A stretch of DNA of 63,096 nt, filler included, from Octopus bimaculoides (Eukaryota): assembly GCF_001194135.2 (NCBI RefSeq). It is 7 parts of 7 records of this genome, joined end to end, with 100 filler letters (N's around TTAATTAATTAA, not from the genome) between each part and the next. Parts side by side here need not be neighbours in the genome. Positions count along the whole stretch, not along the records: positions 48,230 to 54,389 come from NC_068987.1; positions 54,490 to 59,760 come from NC_068988.1; positions 59,861 to 61,834 come from NW_026314571.1; positions 61,935 to 63,096 come from NW_026393400.1; 3 more parts are not named here. One strand, 5' to 3'. How positions within the stretch are numbered: the first letter of the stretch is position 1; every line of letters begins with the position of its first letter. A model generated the notes under the pieces. It saw only the letters and a list, made by a program, of their open reading frames with translations. It did not search any database and was not told the DNA's origin. The translations under genes were made by a program, and so were the position numbers. This document shows, in pieces, positions 49,073-63,096 of this stretch.

Positions 49073-50037
49073 NNNNNNNNNNNNNNNNNNNNNNNNNNNN
49101 NNNNNNNNNNNNNNNNNNNNNNNNNNNNNNNNNNNNNNNNNNNNNNNNNNNNNNNNNNNNNNNNNNNNNNNNNNNNNNNNNNNNNNNNNNNNNNNNNNNN
49201 NNNNNNNNNNNNNNNNNNNNNNNNNNNNNNNNNNNNNNNNNNNNNNNNNNNNNNNNNNNNNNNNNNNNNNNNNNNNNNNNNNNNNNNNNNNNNNNNNNNN
49301 NNNNNNNNNNNNNNNNNNNNNNNNNNNNNNNNNNNNNNNNNNNNNNNNNNNNNNNNNNNNNNNNNNNNNNNNNNNNNNNNNNNNNNNNNNNNNNNNNNNN
49401 NNNNNNNNNNNNNNNNNNNNNNNNNNNNNNNNNNNNNNNNNNNNNNNNNNNNNNNNNNNNNNNNNNNNNNNNNNNNNNNNNNNNNNNNNNNNNNNNNNNN
49501 NNNNNNNNNNNNNNNNNNNNNNNNNNNNNNNNNNNNNNNNNNNNNNNNNNNNNNNNNNNNNNNNNNNNNNNNNNNNNNNNNNNNNNNNNNNNNNNNNNNN
49601 NNNNNNNNNNNNNNNNNNNNNNNNNNNNNNNNNNNNNNNNNNNNNNNNNNNNNNNNNNNNNNNNNNNNNNNNNNNNNNNNNNNNNNNNNNNNNNNNNNNN
49701 NNNNNNNNNNNNNNNNNNNNNNNNNNNNNNNNNNNNNNNNNNNNNNNNNNNNNNNNNNNNNNNNNNNNNNNNNNNNNNNNNNNNNNNNNNNNNNNNNNNN
49801 NNNNNNNNNNNNNNNNNNNNNNNNNNNNNNNNNNNNNNNNNNNNNNNNNNNNNNNNNNNNNNNNNNNNNNNNNNNNNNNNNNNNNNNNNNNNNNNNNNNN
49901 NNNNNNNNNNNNNNNNNNNNNNNNNNNNNNNNNNNNNNNNNNNNNNNNNNNNNNNNNNNNNNNNNNNNNNNNNNNNNNNNNNNNNNNNNNNNNNNNNNNN
50001 NNNNNNNNNNNNNNNNNNNNNNNNNNNNNNNNNNNNN

Positions 50038-50080
<43 letters not shown>

Positions 50081-50295
50081 TATATTTACATGCATGCAAG
50101 TGTGCAAATATGTATGTATGCATGTATGTATGTATGTATGTGTGTGTATAGACCTATATATATATATAGGTAAGTAGATAGATTCATAAACAGATACGAA
50201 TAGAGATAGATTGAAAGATAGATAGATCTATTATAGATGTAATGTCAAGGTTATCCATTTATGCTGCGTTGTAAAATTTTTTCTAATTTTATCAG

Positions 50296-50347
50296 CTTCA
50301 ATGTGATAAGATTTTACAACCGCATTATTTGTATTTTATCGCTTCAG
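50296..50347 (+). CDS. Candidate 52-nt exon, or recursive splice site at 50347/50348
   Basis: Acceptor ttttttctaattttatcag| and donor CAG|gtaagt; open as LQCDKILQPHYLYFIAS or FNVIRFYNRIICILSLQ. Confidence 0.3.
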
Positions 50348-51098
50348 GTAAGTGTCCAGTTAACAGAAAGCTTTCGAAACCATTGCTTTATTGAGCTACT
50401 TTTCGTGACAGACAATGAATTTAAAAGTTGTATAGTATTGATTTGTAACAAATTCAGCATTCACCTCTACAGGTATATGAGCTCCTTTCAATGTCCTTAG
50501 GTTAACTATTCCACTCTGGACAATATCGCTTCGAACCGCAAGTGTGACACACACACACAAAAGTCCCACACCAACAACCCATCTTTAATATCTGGAATTA
50601 TGTTCTTTGTTCGCTAGATGGATTCGGTCCTTCCAAAGCGTGATATATTGACACCATTCACTCCACCGGAAAATAACCAGAGACACTACCGACAGTCTGC
50701 TGCCAACGAATTTAAGAGATGTTATAATTGACGTCAGAACGACTTTACGTCTAGGAACAATATAAATACCATGTCTCTTTAAGCTTTCATTTAGAAATAC
50801 AGAGGCTAATGACCTGACCACTTGCTTATGGTTTGGAAAATTATTGGCTGAGCTCTTCTCTGCTATAAAAAAAATTCATAAGACTGCACAGACTCATAGA
50901 CGTTTATATGTATATAGGGATAGGTGTGAGGTGCGTGATGCAAAAATACAGCAAAAATAGGAGGTAAAAAATTGTATTACTTTGAGGCTCAGGAAATGGA
51001 AAAGAAGAAAGAAGAGTCTTTCGGGTTTTAAGTATTCTTTGGTCTCCTAAAAGGAAGGGCAGTCGAGAAGAGAAAAGAAAAGAAAAGGAAAAGCTGAG

Positions 51099-51160
<62 letters not shown>

Positions 51161-51724
51161 CCTGACACCCCACCACATATATAGATGTATATATACAGAG
51201 TGTGCCATAAATATCGCCATCCGTTAGAGAAAAAAATTGTAGTTTGGAATCAGTAGTTCTTTGACTGCTATTTCTGAATTCTCAGTATGTTGGAGAAGCA
51301 GCTCCTGCTAATCCCTGTATAANNNNNNNNNNNNNNNNNNNNNNNNNNNNNNNNNNNNNNNNNNNNNNNNNNNNNNNNNNNNNNNNNNNNNNNNNNNNNN
51401 NNNNNNNNNNNNNNNNNNNNNNNNNNNNNNNNNNNNNNNNNNNNNNNNNNNNNNNNNNNNNNNNNNNNNNNNNNNNNNNNNNNNNNNNNNNNNNNNNNNN
51501 NNNNNNNNNNNNNNNNNNNNNNNNNNNNNNNNNNNNNNNNNNNNNNNNNNNNNNNNNNNNNNNNNNNNNNNNNNNNNNNNNNNNNNNNNNNNNNNNNNNN
51601 NNNNNNNNNNNNNNNNNNNNNNNNNNNNNNNNNNNNNNNNNNNNNNNNNNNNNNNNNNNNNNNNNNNNNNNNNNNNNNNTCAAAATTCACATGAGTTATT
51701 AGACACTTTCAAATTTATTCGAAT

Positions 51725-51787
51725 ATTGAGGCTGAAGATCGGAATAGGGTAACCTCATACCCTTAACCGTGAAACGTCGTACCCAAT
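51725..51787 (+). ncRNA. Type I minimal hammerhead ribozyme-like motif
   Basis: ATTGAGG-CTGAAGA-stem II (CGG..AGGGTA/TACCCT..CCG)-GAAA-C-GTC-GTA-CCCAAT; stem I is ATTGAGG/CCCAAT. Confidence 0.6.
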
Positions 51788-52130
51788 TAACTAAAGGCAG
51801 GTTTGTTTTTACTCTTCTCTTCTGTTTTTTGTTCTGTGTGTGCCATAAATATCGCCATCCGTTAGAGAAAAAAATTGTAGTTTGGAATCAGTAGTTCTTT
51901 GACTGCTATTTCTGAATTCTCAGTATGTTGGAGAAGCAGCTCCTGCTAATCCCTGTATAATTATGATTATATATATATATATATATATATATAAACAATA
52001 TATGAGTATATGCATATATATGTACACGTATGTATATACGTTCATCTACATGTACATATAGATACATAACTGGTTACATTACGTGGCAAAAGAACAAGGA
52101 CAAAATGGTAAACAAGGTGCAAGAGAGAGA

Positions 52131-52188
<58 letters not shown>

Positions 52189-52829
52189 AGTATGTGGTAT
52201 CCCTGATCAGATAATCTAAGATGGCTTCCACTCATTATCGAAGCAAATATTCTCTTTGGGTTGAGATTGAGCTGACAGATACAACTTAATTCGTTTCACT
52301 GTTTTTTTTTTCAGGTTTGCCGATAATAATCTCGTTTTGCAGCCATGTGGTTTCAAGTTCAGTCCCATTACATCACAGCTTGGGTTATTGCCTTCCTGTA
52401 ATGCCGCCGGGAACGGCCAATTCCTTGTGAGTAAATTCAGTTGATAGAATCTGTGTAGAAACCCGTCGTAAAACGTGTCTTTGCGCCTTTGTCTGTCCCC
52501 CCCATACCCCAGCACCCGTGACATAGCTGTCTGACATAAATACAATACGAAGTAGAGGTCGGTTTGTTCGACTCAAACCTTTGTAGTGGTGCCCAGATAT
52601 AGCTGCAGTCAAAAGAGTCGTTAGCACGCCGGCCAAGGTGCATAACTAGGTTTCACCTGCAAGGTCATGCGCTGTTTATCTTGATATGAGATCACCATGT
52701 CACGCACACATGGTTGTGATGCATGTACTTGGTGTACCCTTATCAGACGGGTAATCATGATGGGTATGCTGGGCTTCGTATATTTTACTCCATTGTCACA
52801 TTGATGACATGCACTGCTCACTCACTCAA

Positions 52830-53065
52830 TAAAAATATCAGAAGGCATCAAGAGGAATATAAAGGAAATTGATGTAGAGTGCCCAGTAGAACTGTTACAA
52901 AAGTTTTGCTTCCTTGGCATCACCAGAATAATCAGGAAAATATTAGGTAGCTGAAAAGAACGAATAACACGGTACCGTAGGCTTCAGGTAGTAAGTCTGC
53001 TACGCATGTAAGACTTCAGTTGCACCAATAAAACCTGTGATAAAAAGAAATATTAATAATAATTC
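52830..53065 (+). mobile_element. R4/Dong-like LINE extreme 3' end with UTR ending in TAA repeats
   Basis: ...VELLQKFCFLGITRIIRKIL* followed by a UTR and taataataat. Confidence 0.6.
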
Positions 53066-53239
53066 TTTCTATTATAGCCACGAGGACCTACATTTTATGG
53101 GAGGGTTAAGTTATTTATATCGAGCCCAGTTCTCAACTTGTTCTTATTTCATCCACCCTGAAAGGATGAAAAGCGGAAATTAAACTCATTGCGCGAAGAT
53201 GGAGGAAATGCCGATATGCATTTGGTACTGCATCAAGGC

Positions 53240-53297
<58 letters not shown>

Positions 53298-53299
<2 letters not shown>

Positions 53300-53520
53300 G
53301 GCAGCGAGCTGGCAGAATCGATAGTACACCGGGCGAAATGCTTTGCGGTATTACCCTGCCGCTACATTCTGAGTTCAAATCCCACCAACATCGACTTTGC
53401 CTTTCATCCTTTAGGGGGTCGATAATTTAAGAAAAACTGAAAAACTGGGGTCGATGAAACTGACTTGTCCTCTCCCCTCCCCCAAAATTTCAGGCCTTTT
53501 GTCGTTAGTAGAAAGGACTA
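53298..53520 (+). mobile_element. tRNA-derived SINE, CpG-intact copy
   Basis: ggcagcgagctggcagaatcgatagtacaccgggcgaaatgc... Confidence 0.8.
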
Positions 53521-53549
53521 CTATTATCATTATCATTATCATTGGTTTG

Positions 53550-53740
53550 CACGAATGTTTTACGGGTTCGGAATCAATGTCCTTGATACCAAGTCCCAAC
53601 CAGCTTCCTGAGATATCGAAGACCTTTCTCACAATCCTTGCCATCTCCAATAGAGCAGATTTCTGTACCAATGCACCTCTTTTTGTGTCACCAATCTCAA
53701 TAAGGGAACCGTTCTTGTTCAATTAACGAAGCACCAGTTG
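53550..53740 (-). mobile_element. R4/Dong-like LINE 3' end
   Basis: GSLIEIGDTKRGALVQKSALLEMARIVRKVFDISGSW* region matches the RLE C-terminal LQKSALLGTARILRKVL motif. Confidence 0.75.
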
Positions 53741-54354
53741 AGCTCAAGGACCGATGTTCTCGAGTCGGCCCTCGCATAAACTTTCGAGACTTGATCCCAT
53801 AGTATTACTGATATACTTATTATTATTATTGGTGGTCATACTTGTAGTAGTGGTGGTGGTGGTGGGCGTCGTCGTAACTGTAGTTAGAGTAGTGGTGTTG
53901 TTTGTTTGTAATAATAGCGTTAGCGATATTCGTGTTAAAATGGCGCGTTATAGCGGTGGTGTTGTCGTTCGGTGTTCAGTGTTTAGTGTGAACAAGAAAT
54001 ATAATGTTTTTAGTGTTGAATGATCTTGAAATTGTTTTGTGTCATGTTACGTCGTTACGTCGCTTAGTGAAACCCAGGGAAAATAACGAAGCAAAAAAAC
54101 ATTAGACATATAAAAACACAGTAAGCTATCAGCCATTACAAGATGCTATCTTAGTCTGATATTATTTTGTATATAGTTTGGGTATAACTATACCCTTTTA
54201 TCAATCTCTTGGCAGTGGTAGTTTTTCTTACAATGTTTTGTTATGAAGTAGAGATTAAGAACTTGAAATATGTTCTGTATTACGACACCGTAATTAAGAG
54301 ATTAACTAACAAACATGATAACTCTGAATCCGCTTATCTCTTAAAGTATCAATG

Positions 54355-54389
<35 letters not shown>

Positions 54390-54489
54390 NNNNNNNNNNN
54401 NNNNNNNNNNNNNNNNNNNNNNNNNNNNNNNNNTTAATTAATTAANNNNNNNNNNNNNNNNNNNNNNNNNNNNNNNNNNNNNNNNNNNN

Positions 54490-58200
<3,711 letters not shown>

Positions 58201-58294
58201 TCTGGGTGTACTAAGATAATGGTGACCAGAGTAAAACCGTTCGTTAAGAGAAATGATTTAGTGTCATTGAATAATGAAAATTTCCTCAACTCAC

Positions 58295-58368
58295 ATAAAT
58301 TCGACATTTTGCCAGGAACTACTACAAACAACTTTGTCAAAGATATTGTATTTGTTCAATACTTTAGT
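58295..58368 (-). CDS. Candidate 74-nt exon (TKVLNKYNIFDKVVCSSSWQNVEF)
   Basis: Acceptor tattttcttgtgttcttcag| and donor TAT|gtgagt; open in phase 0 to 2; no family recognised. Confidence 0.3.
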
Positions 58369-59059
58369 CTGAAGAACACAAGAAAATAATTAATTCCAAT
58401 GTTGACATTTCGTAATTGGGTTTACGAAATCTGTTAAAATAAAACTAAAAGGTTTTGGAATAAGAAAATATTTGTTTCTTTTCTTTTTTTTTTTTTTGTT
58501 TGGAAAGACTCGAAGAATATGAAGAACTGAGAACACATTGCGAGTTTGTTTTCTTTCTTTATTTGCACTACCAAGATCAAGACAAGACATCAACTTCCAT
58601 TTATAAGATTTGTACAGAAATACTTCTAATATAAGCGGAATAGAACTAATCTCGTCAATTAATGGAAATGTTACTGTTTCCAACATAGAAAGTTGCTCTA
58701 TTGGTTTTGGAGATGTCTTAGATGTACCATTGTTTCTGTTTCTTCTGAAAACATTTGTTCAGTCTGTGCAGACTGACCATTAGAAGCACTTTAGATCTTC
58801 TTAGTAACACAGCACACACACACACATGTACATACATACCTACATACATACATACATACATACATACATACATACATACATACATACACACACACATACA
58901 CACATGTATATGGTATAGCTGTGTGGTCAAGACATTTGCTTCATGACCACATGGCTTCAGGTTCAGTTCCACTTCATTAAGTGTCCTCTTCTACAACCCC
59001 AGGCCAACCAAAGCTCTGTAAGTGGACTTGGTAAAAGGAAACTGAAAGAAGAACATTGA

Positions 59060-59185
<126 letters not shown>

Positions 59186-59633
59186 GTTTAGTATAATTCA
59201 AGTAAAAACCTTGTAACATACATTTAAGAGCTCTTATGCCATTATTTGGCTACCACATGTTATCCTATTGTAGAGTATATTCCAGGCCTGGATACACATG
59301 TGGAACTCCTCTTTGCATAAGATTAATATAAGAAATAGATATATGATATAACATGAGAACAGAGGATAACTGGCTTTATTAGTAAATCACAACGTTTGTG
59401 TCTGCACCACACACCAGCTTTAAGTTGGTGATTTTATATTCAAATACCATTATACACGGTGGTGCACCAGCATGACCACAGCCACTTGGCTGAAACACAT
59501 AAATAAATAAATAAATACAAGATCATTCTTTATAATTACTAAAATGCTGAATAATTTTCAGTAACAGCCATGTGTGAGCACTTCATTGGCTGGAATATGT
59601 ATTCCATTCTTGTGTTATGTTATTCTTATATAT

Positions 59634-59727
59634 GTACTAGCTATGGCAGTACATATTCTAAAATTGGTATGATACAAAGATTAGCATGGACCCTGCACAA
59701 GGATGACATGCAAATTCATGAAGTGTT
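59634..59727 (+). pseudogene. RNU6: U6 snRNA pseudogene
   Basis: gtactagctatggcagtacatattctaaaattggtatgatacaaagattagcatggaccctgcacaaggatgacatgcaaattcatgaagtgtt aligns with U6; the ACAGAGA box is disrupted. Confidence 0.93.
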
Positions 59728-61189
59728 TTAAGTAAGTGCAGGCATGGTTGTCTGGTAAGANNNNNNNNNNNNNNNNNNNNNNNNNNNNNNNNNNNNNNNN
59801 NNNNTTAATTAATTAANNNNNNNNNNNNNNNNNNNNNNNNNNNNNNNNNNNNNNNNNNNNACAGCAACGCACATATACACAACATACACAAACGCGCACG
59901 TACAAAATACACACACACGCACACGTACCCAACACCTACGACCCCACACAGGAACACACACATACTCAAAAACTGCCTGCTGACCTTCCACTCACCATTG
60001 TCCATAAGCACCCACTAACTATTCCTGCTACTAATTCCTTCCACTACGTCACACACACATACACACACGCGAACACACATACACACTAACAGATAAACCA
60101 CCAAACCATGCACACACACACACACACATACATACATACGCACACACACGTTCTGTTATCACACACACACTCGCAGACTCTCGCGCACGCACAGATATTC
60201 ACCTCCTCTTTTTCACTCTCCTGTCTTAGAAAGAACTTTTCCCCCACCNNNNNNNNNNNNNNNNNNNNNNNNNNNNNNNNNNNNNNNNNNNNNNNNNNNN
60301 NNNNNNNNNNNNNNNNNNNNNNNNNNNNNNNNNNNNNNNNNNNNNNNNNNNNNNNNNNNNNNNNNNNNNNNNNNNNNNNNNNNNNNNNNNNNNNNNNNNN
60401 NNNNNNNNNNNNNNNNNNNNNNNNNNNNNNNNNNNNNNNNNNNNNNNNNNNNNNNNNNNNNNNNNNNNNNNNNNNNNNNNNNNNNNNNNNNNNNNNNNNN
60501 NNNNNNNNNNNNNNNNNNNNNNNNNNNNNNNNNNNNNNNNNNNNNNNNNNNNNNNNNNNNNNNNNNNNNNNNNNNNNNNNNNNNNNNNNNNNNNNNNNNN
60601 NNNNNNNNNNNNNNNNNNNNNNNNNNNNNNNNNNNNNNNNNNNNNNNNNNNNNNNNNNNNNNNNNNNNNNNNNNNNNNNNNNNNNNNNNNNNNNNNNNNN
60701 NNNNNNNNNNNNNNNNNNNNNNNNNNNNNNNNNNNNNNNNNNNNNNNNNNNNNNNNNNNNNNNNNNNNNNNNNNNNNNNNNNNNNNNNNNNNNNNNNNNN
60801 NNNNNNNNNNNNNNNNNNNNNNNNNNNNNNNNNNNNNNNNNNNNNNNNNNNNNNNNNNNNNNNNNNNNNNNNNNNNNNNNNNNNNNNNNNNNNNNNNNNN
60901 NNNNNNNNNNNNNNNNNNNNNNNNNNNNNNNNNNNNNNNNNNNNNNNNNNNNNNNNNNNNNNNNNNNNNNNNNNNNNNNNNNNNNNNNNNNNNNNNNNNN
61001 NNNNNNNNNNNNNNNNNNNNNNNNNNNNNNNNNNNNNNNNNNNNNNNNNNNNNNNNNNNNNNNNNNNNNNNNNNNNNNNNNNNNNNNNNNNNNNNNNNNN
61101 NNNNNNNNNNNNNNNNNNNNNNNNNNNNNNNNNNNNNNNNNNNNNNNNNNNNNNNNNNNNNNNNNNNNNNNNNNNNNNNNNNNNNNNNN

Positions 61190-61219
<30 letters not shown>

Positions 61220-61220
<1 letters not shown>

Positions 61221-61834
61221 CACAAACCCTCCACTAACCTAAAATACACCAGCAGGTTCAGCAATCATCCAAATTCGGTAACGAGAAATTTAGTTAAGAA
61301 CATATCACTTAGACTATTCAATCTATCTACAAACGAAAATATCTTCAATAAGGAGGCTGAGTTTTACAATTCAGCTTTATTAAAAGCAGGTTATAGAGAA
61401 AAAGTTGATTATATACATTCTACTTATGAAACCGATTTGAGTAATAATAATAATAATAATAGTAATAATAACATAGATTTTAATTTAAATAATAACAACA
61501 AATACAATTATAACTTCCATCATAAATTCTTTAACGATAATAACCAGCTAAACATTTTTTCACGAAATAGGGGAAGTAACCGTCAGCTTAAACCCTGTTT
61601 CAATGATAATAATAAAATAAGACTATTTATGAATAATACTAGCAAATATTCTAAACCAGAACCTAATAAAAATGTCTGGATAATACTGCCTTTTAGCAAA
61701 AGTGTAAAATCAAACTTGGTATCCCAGTTCCAAGACGCTATTAATAAGAGTTTTCCAAAACATTCTCATTACTCCCCAATCATTAATACACACAGGGTTA
61801 GATTCGGTTTCTCTAACATGAGGAGCATTTCACA
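61220..61834 (+). mobile_element. Young Penelope-like (Naiad-like) element: open thumb, Asn-rich insert and linker; truncated by gaps
   Basis: HKPSTNLKYTSRFSNHP...NENIFNKEAEFYNSALLKAGY, N-rich tract, KNVWIILPFSKSVKSN; ~205 codons with no stop. Confidence 0.85.
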
Positions 61835-62365
61835 NNNNNNNNNNNNNNNNNNNNNNNNNNNNNNNNNNNNNNNNNNNNTTAATTAATTAANNNNNNNNNN
61901 NNNNNNNNNNNNNNNNNNNNNNNNNNNNNNNNNNATATATATATATATATATATGCTATTATTACGTAAGATTTTCGCCCGATTATATCGACTTCAGGTT
62001 ATATTTTAACTTATTTTATCAACCTTGATAATCGAATTTATAAGTTCCATTGCTTTGATATTGAGGTCCACTCCTCGACATAAGTAAATCTAGATGCAGG
62101 AGCGAGGTCACACATTTACATACACTTTCTCATAGACTCATGCATAGAGATTGCAGTCTCACAGTGTTAGGGTTCTGTTCCATGAAATACCACATAGATT
62201 CCATCGGTCTAGTTGCCCAGCAGTGGAAACGAACCTGCAGCGATGTGGATGTAAAGCGGCTTCTTAAATCTACAGTAAATATATCTATAATATACGTACA
62301 TGCATACATGCACGCATATGTAGGTACGTATGCATGTATGTGGCAGGTAGTATATATATATATAC

Positions 62366-62439
<74 letters not shown>

Positions 62440-63096
62440 ATACAGAGCAAGAGATAGATAGAGAGAGAGAGACAGAGAAAAGCAGAGAGAAAAGTGGGCA
62501 GATAGATCACCCGAAGCAATTCGATAAATAGGTGTATGTGCGCTTTGGTACCTAAGCATCAATGCATTATGAAAACATACATGCTCAATATACACACAGG
62601 TGTACAATGTATAATATGTTTGATTCTATGTTATATATACATACGCAAGTAAACACACACACAGACACACAAACACATACCTAAATATATATATATACAG
62701 AGAGATGTATTTACATTTATGAAATGCCTATATGTATAGATATATTTTATAATGTATGTATATACACACATATATAGTTGTATATATGTGTGTCAGTGTG
62801 TGTATGTGTGTGTGATTAACCGCAACTCGCAGCTGTGTAGGGTTTCGTATTATGTACCTTGTATATAGCAGATGCAAAATTATAAAATTCATACTTTATC
62901 ATATTTGCCTGTCTATCTATCTGTCTATTCATCTATATATCGATCTATCTTACTTGATGTAGTCACCAAGTGAAATAGATAGATCGATTTATAGATAGAT
63001 ATATAATATATAATAACGTAAAATTTTACGTGGATATATAACGAGTGTCGCATGTATGTATGTGTGCATGTATGTATATATGTATGTATGCATATA

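Noticed and set aside
48783-50177. Long ORFs in the track (also 30379-31153, 32347-33243, 36152-36775, 37574-38296)
   Set aside because: They are made of N gaps and microsatellite translations
51200-51960. Identical 123-bp direct repeats (51200-51322 and 51838-51960) flanking an N gap
   Set aside because: Perfect identity at a gap edge suggests assembly overlap or a MITE end rather than an LTR

Overview
AT-rich, gap-riddled eukaryotic draft-assembly window. The SINE families, microsatellite load and assembly spacers suggest a coleoid cephalopod, most likely Octopus (my recognition, not a database result). It is almost all intronic/intergenic DNA built from decayed mobile elements: several tRNA-derived SINE families; RTE LINE pieces; RLE-type LINEs (R4/Dong-like, HERO-like); several Penelope-like lineages; a degenerate mariner; a nearly full-length Tc1 with DD36E spacing; hAT, piggyBac, Tigger-like and foldback MITEs; Helitron ends; and many simple repeats. 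Non-TE features are a U6 snRNA pseudogene and a hammerhead-ribozyme-like motif. No host gene can be named, but a few short candidate exons have strong splice sites (best: 3138-3292 on the minus strand). Six artificial 100-bp gaps (44N-TTAATTAATTAA-44N) split the window, and CpG retention in the same SINE families flips at several of them. Most listed ORFs are microsatellite or N-gap artefacts. I found no clearly novel multi-gene system; the best leads are the DD36E Tc1, the hammerhead motif, the CpG mosaic and the candidate exons. Repeat boundaries are approximate unless TIRs or TSDs are quoted.
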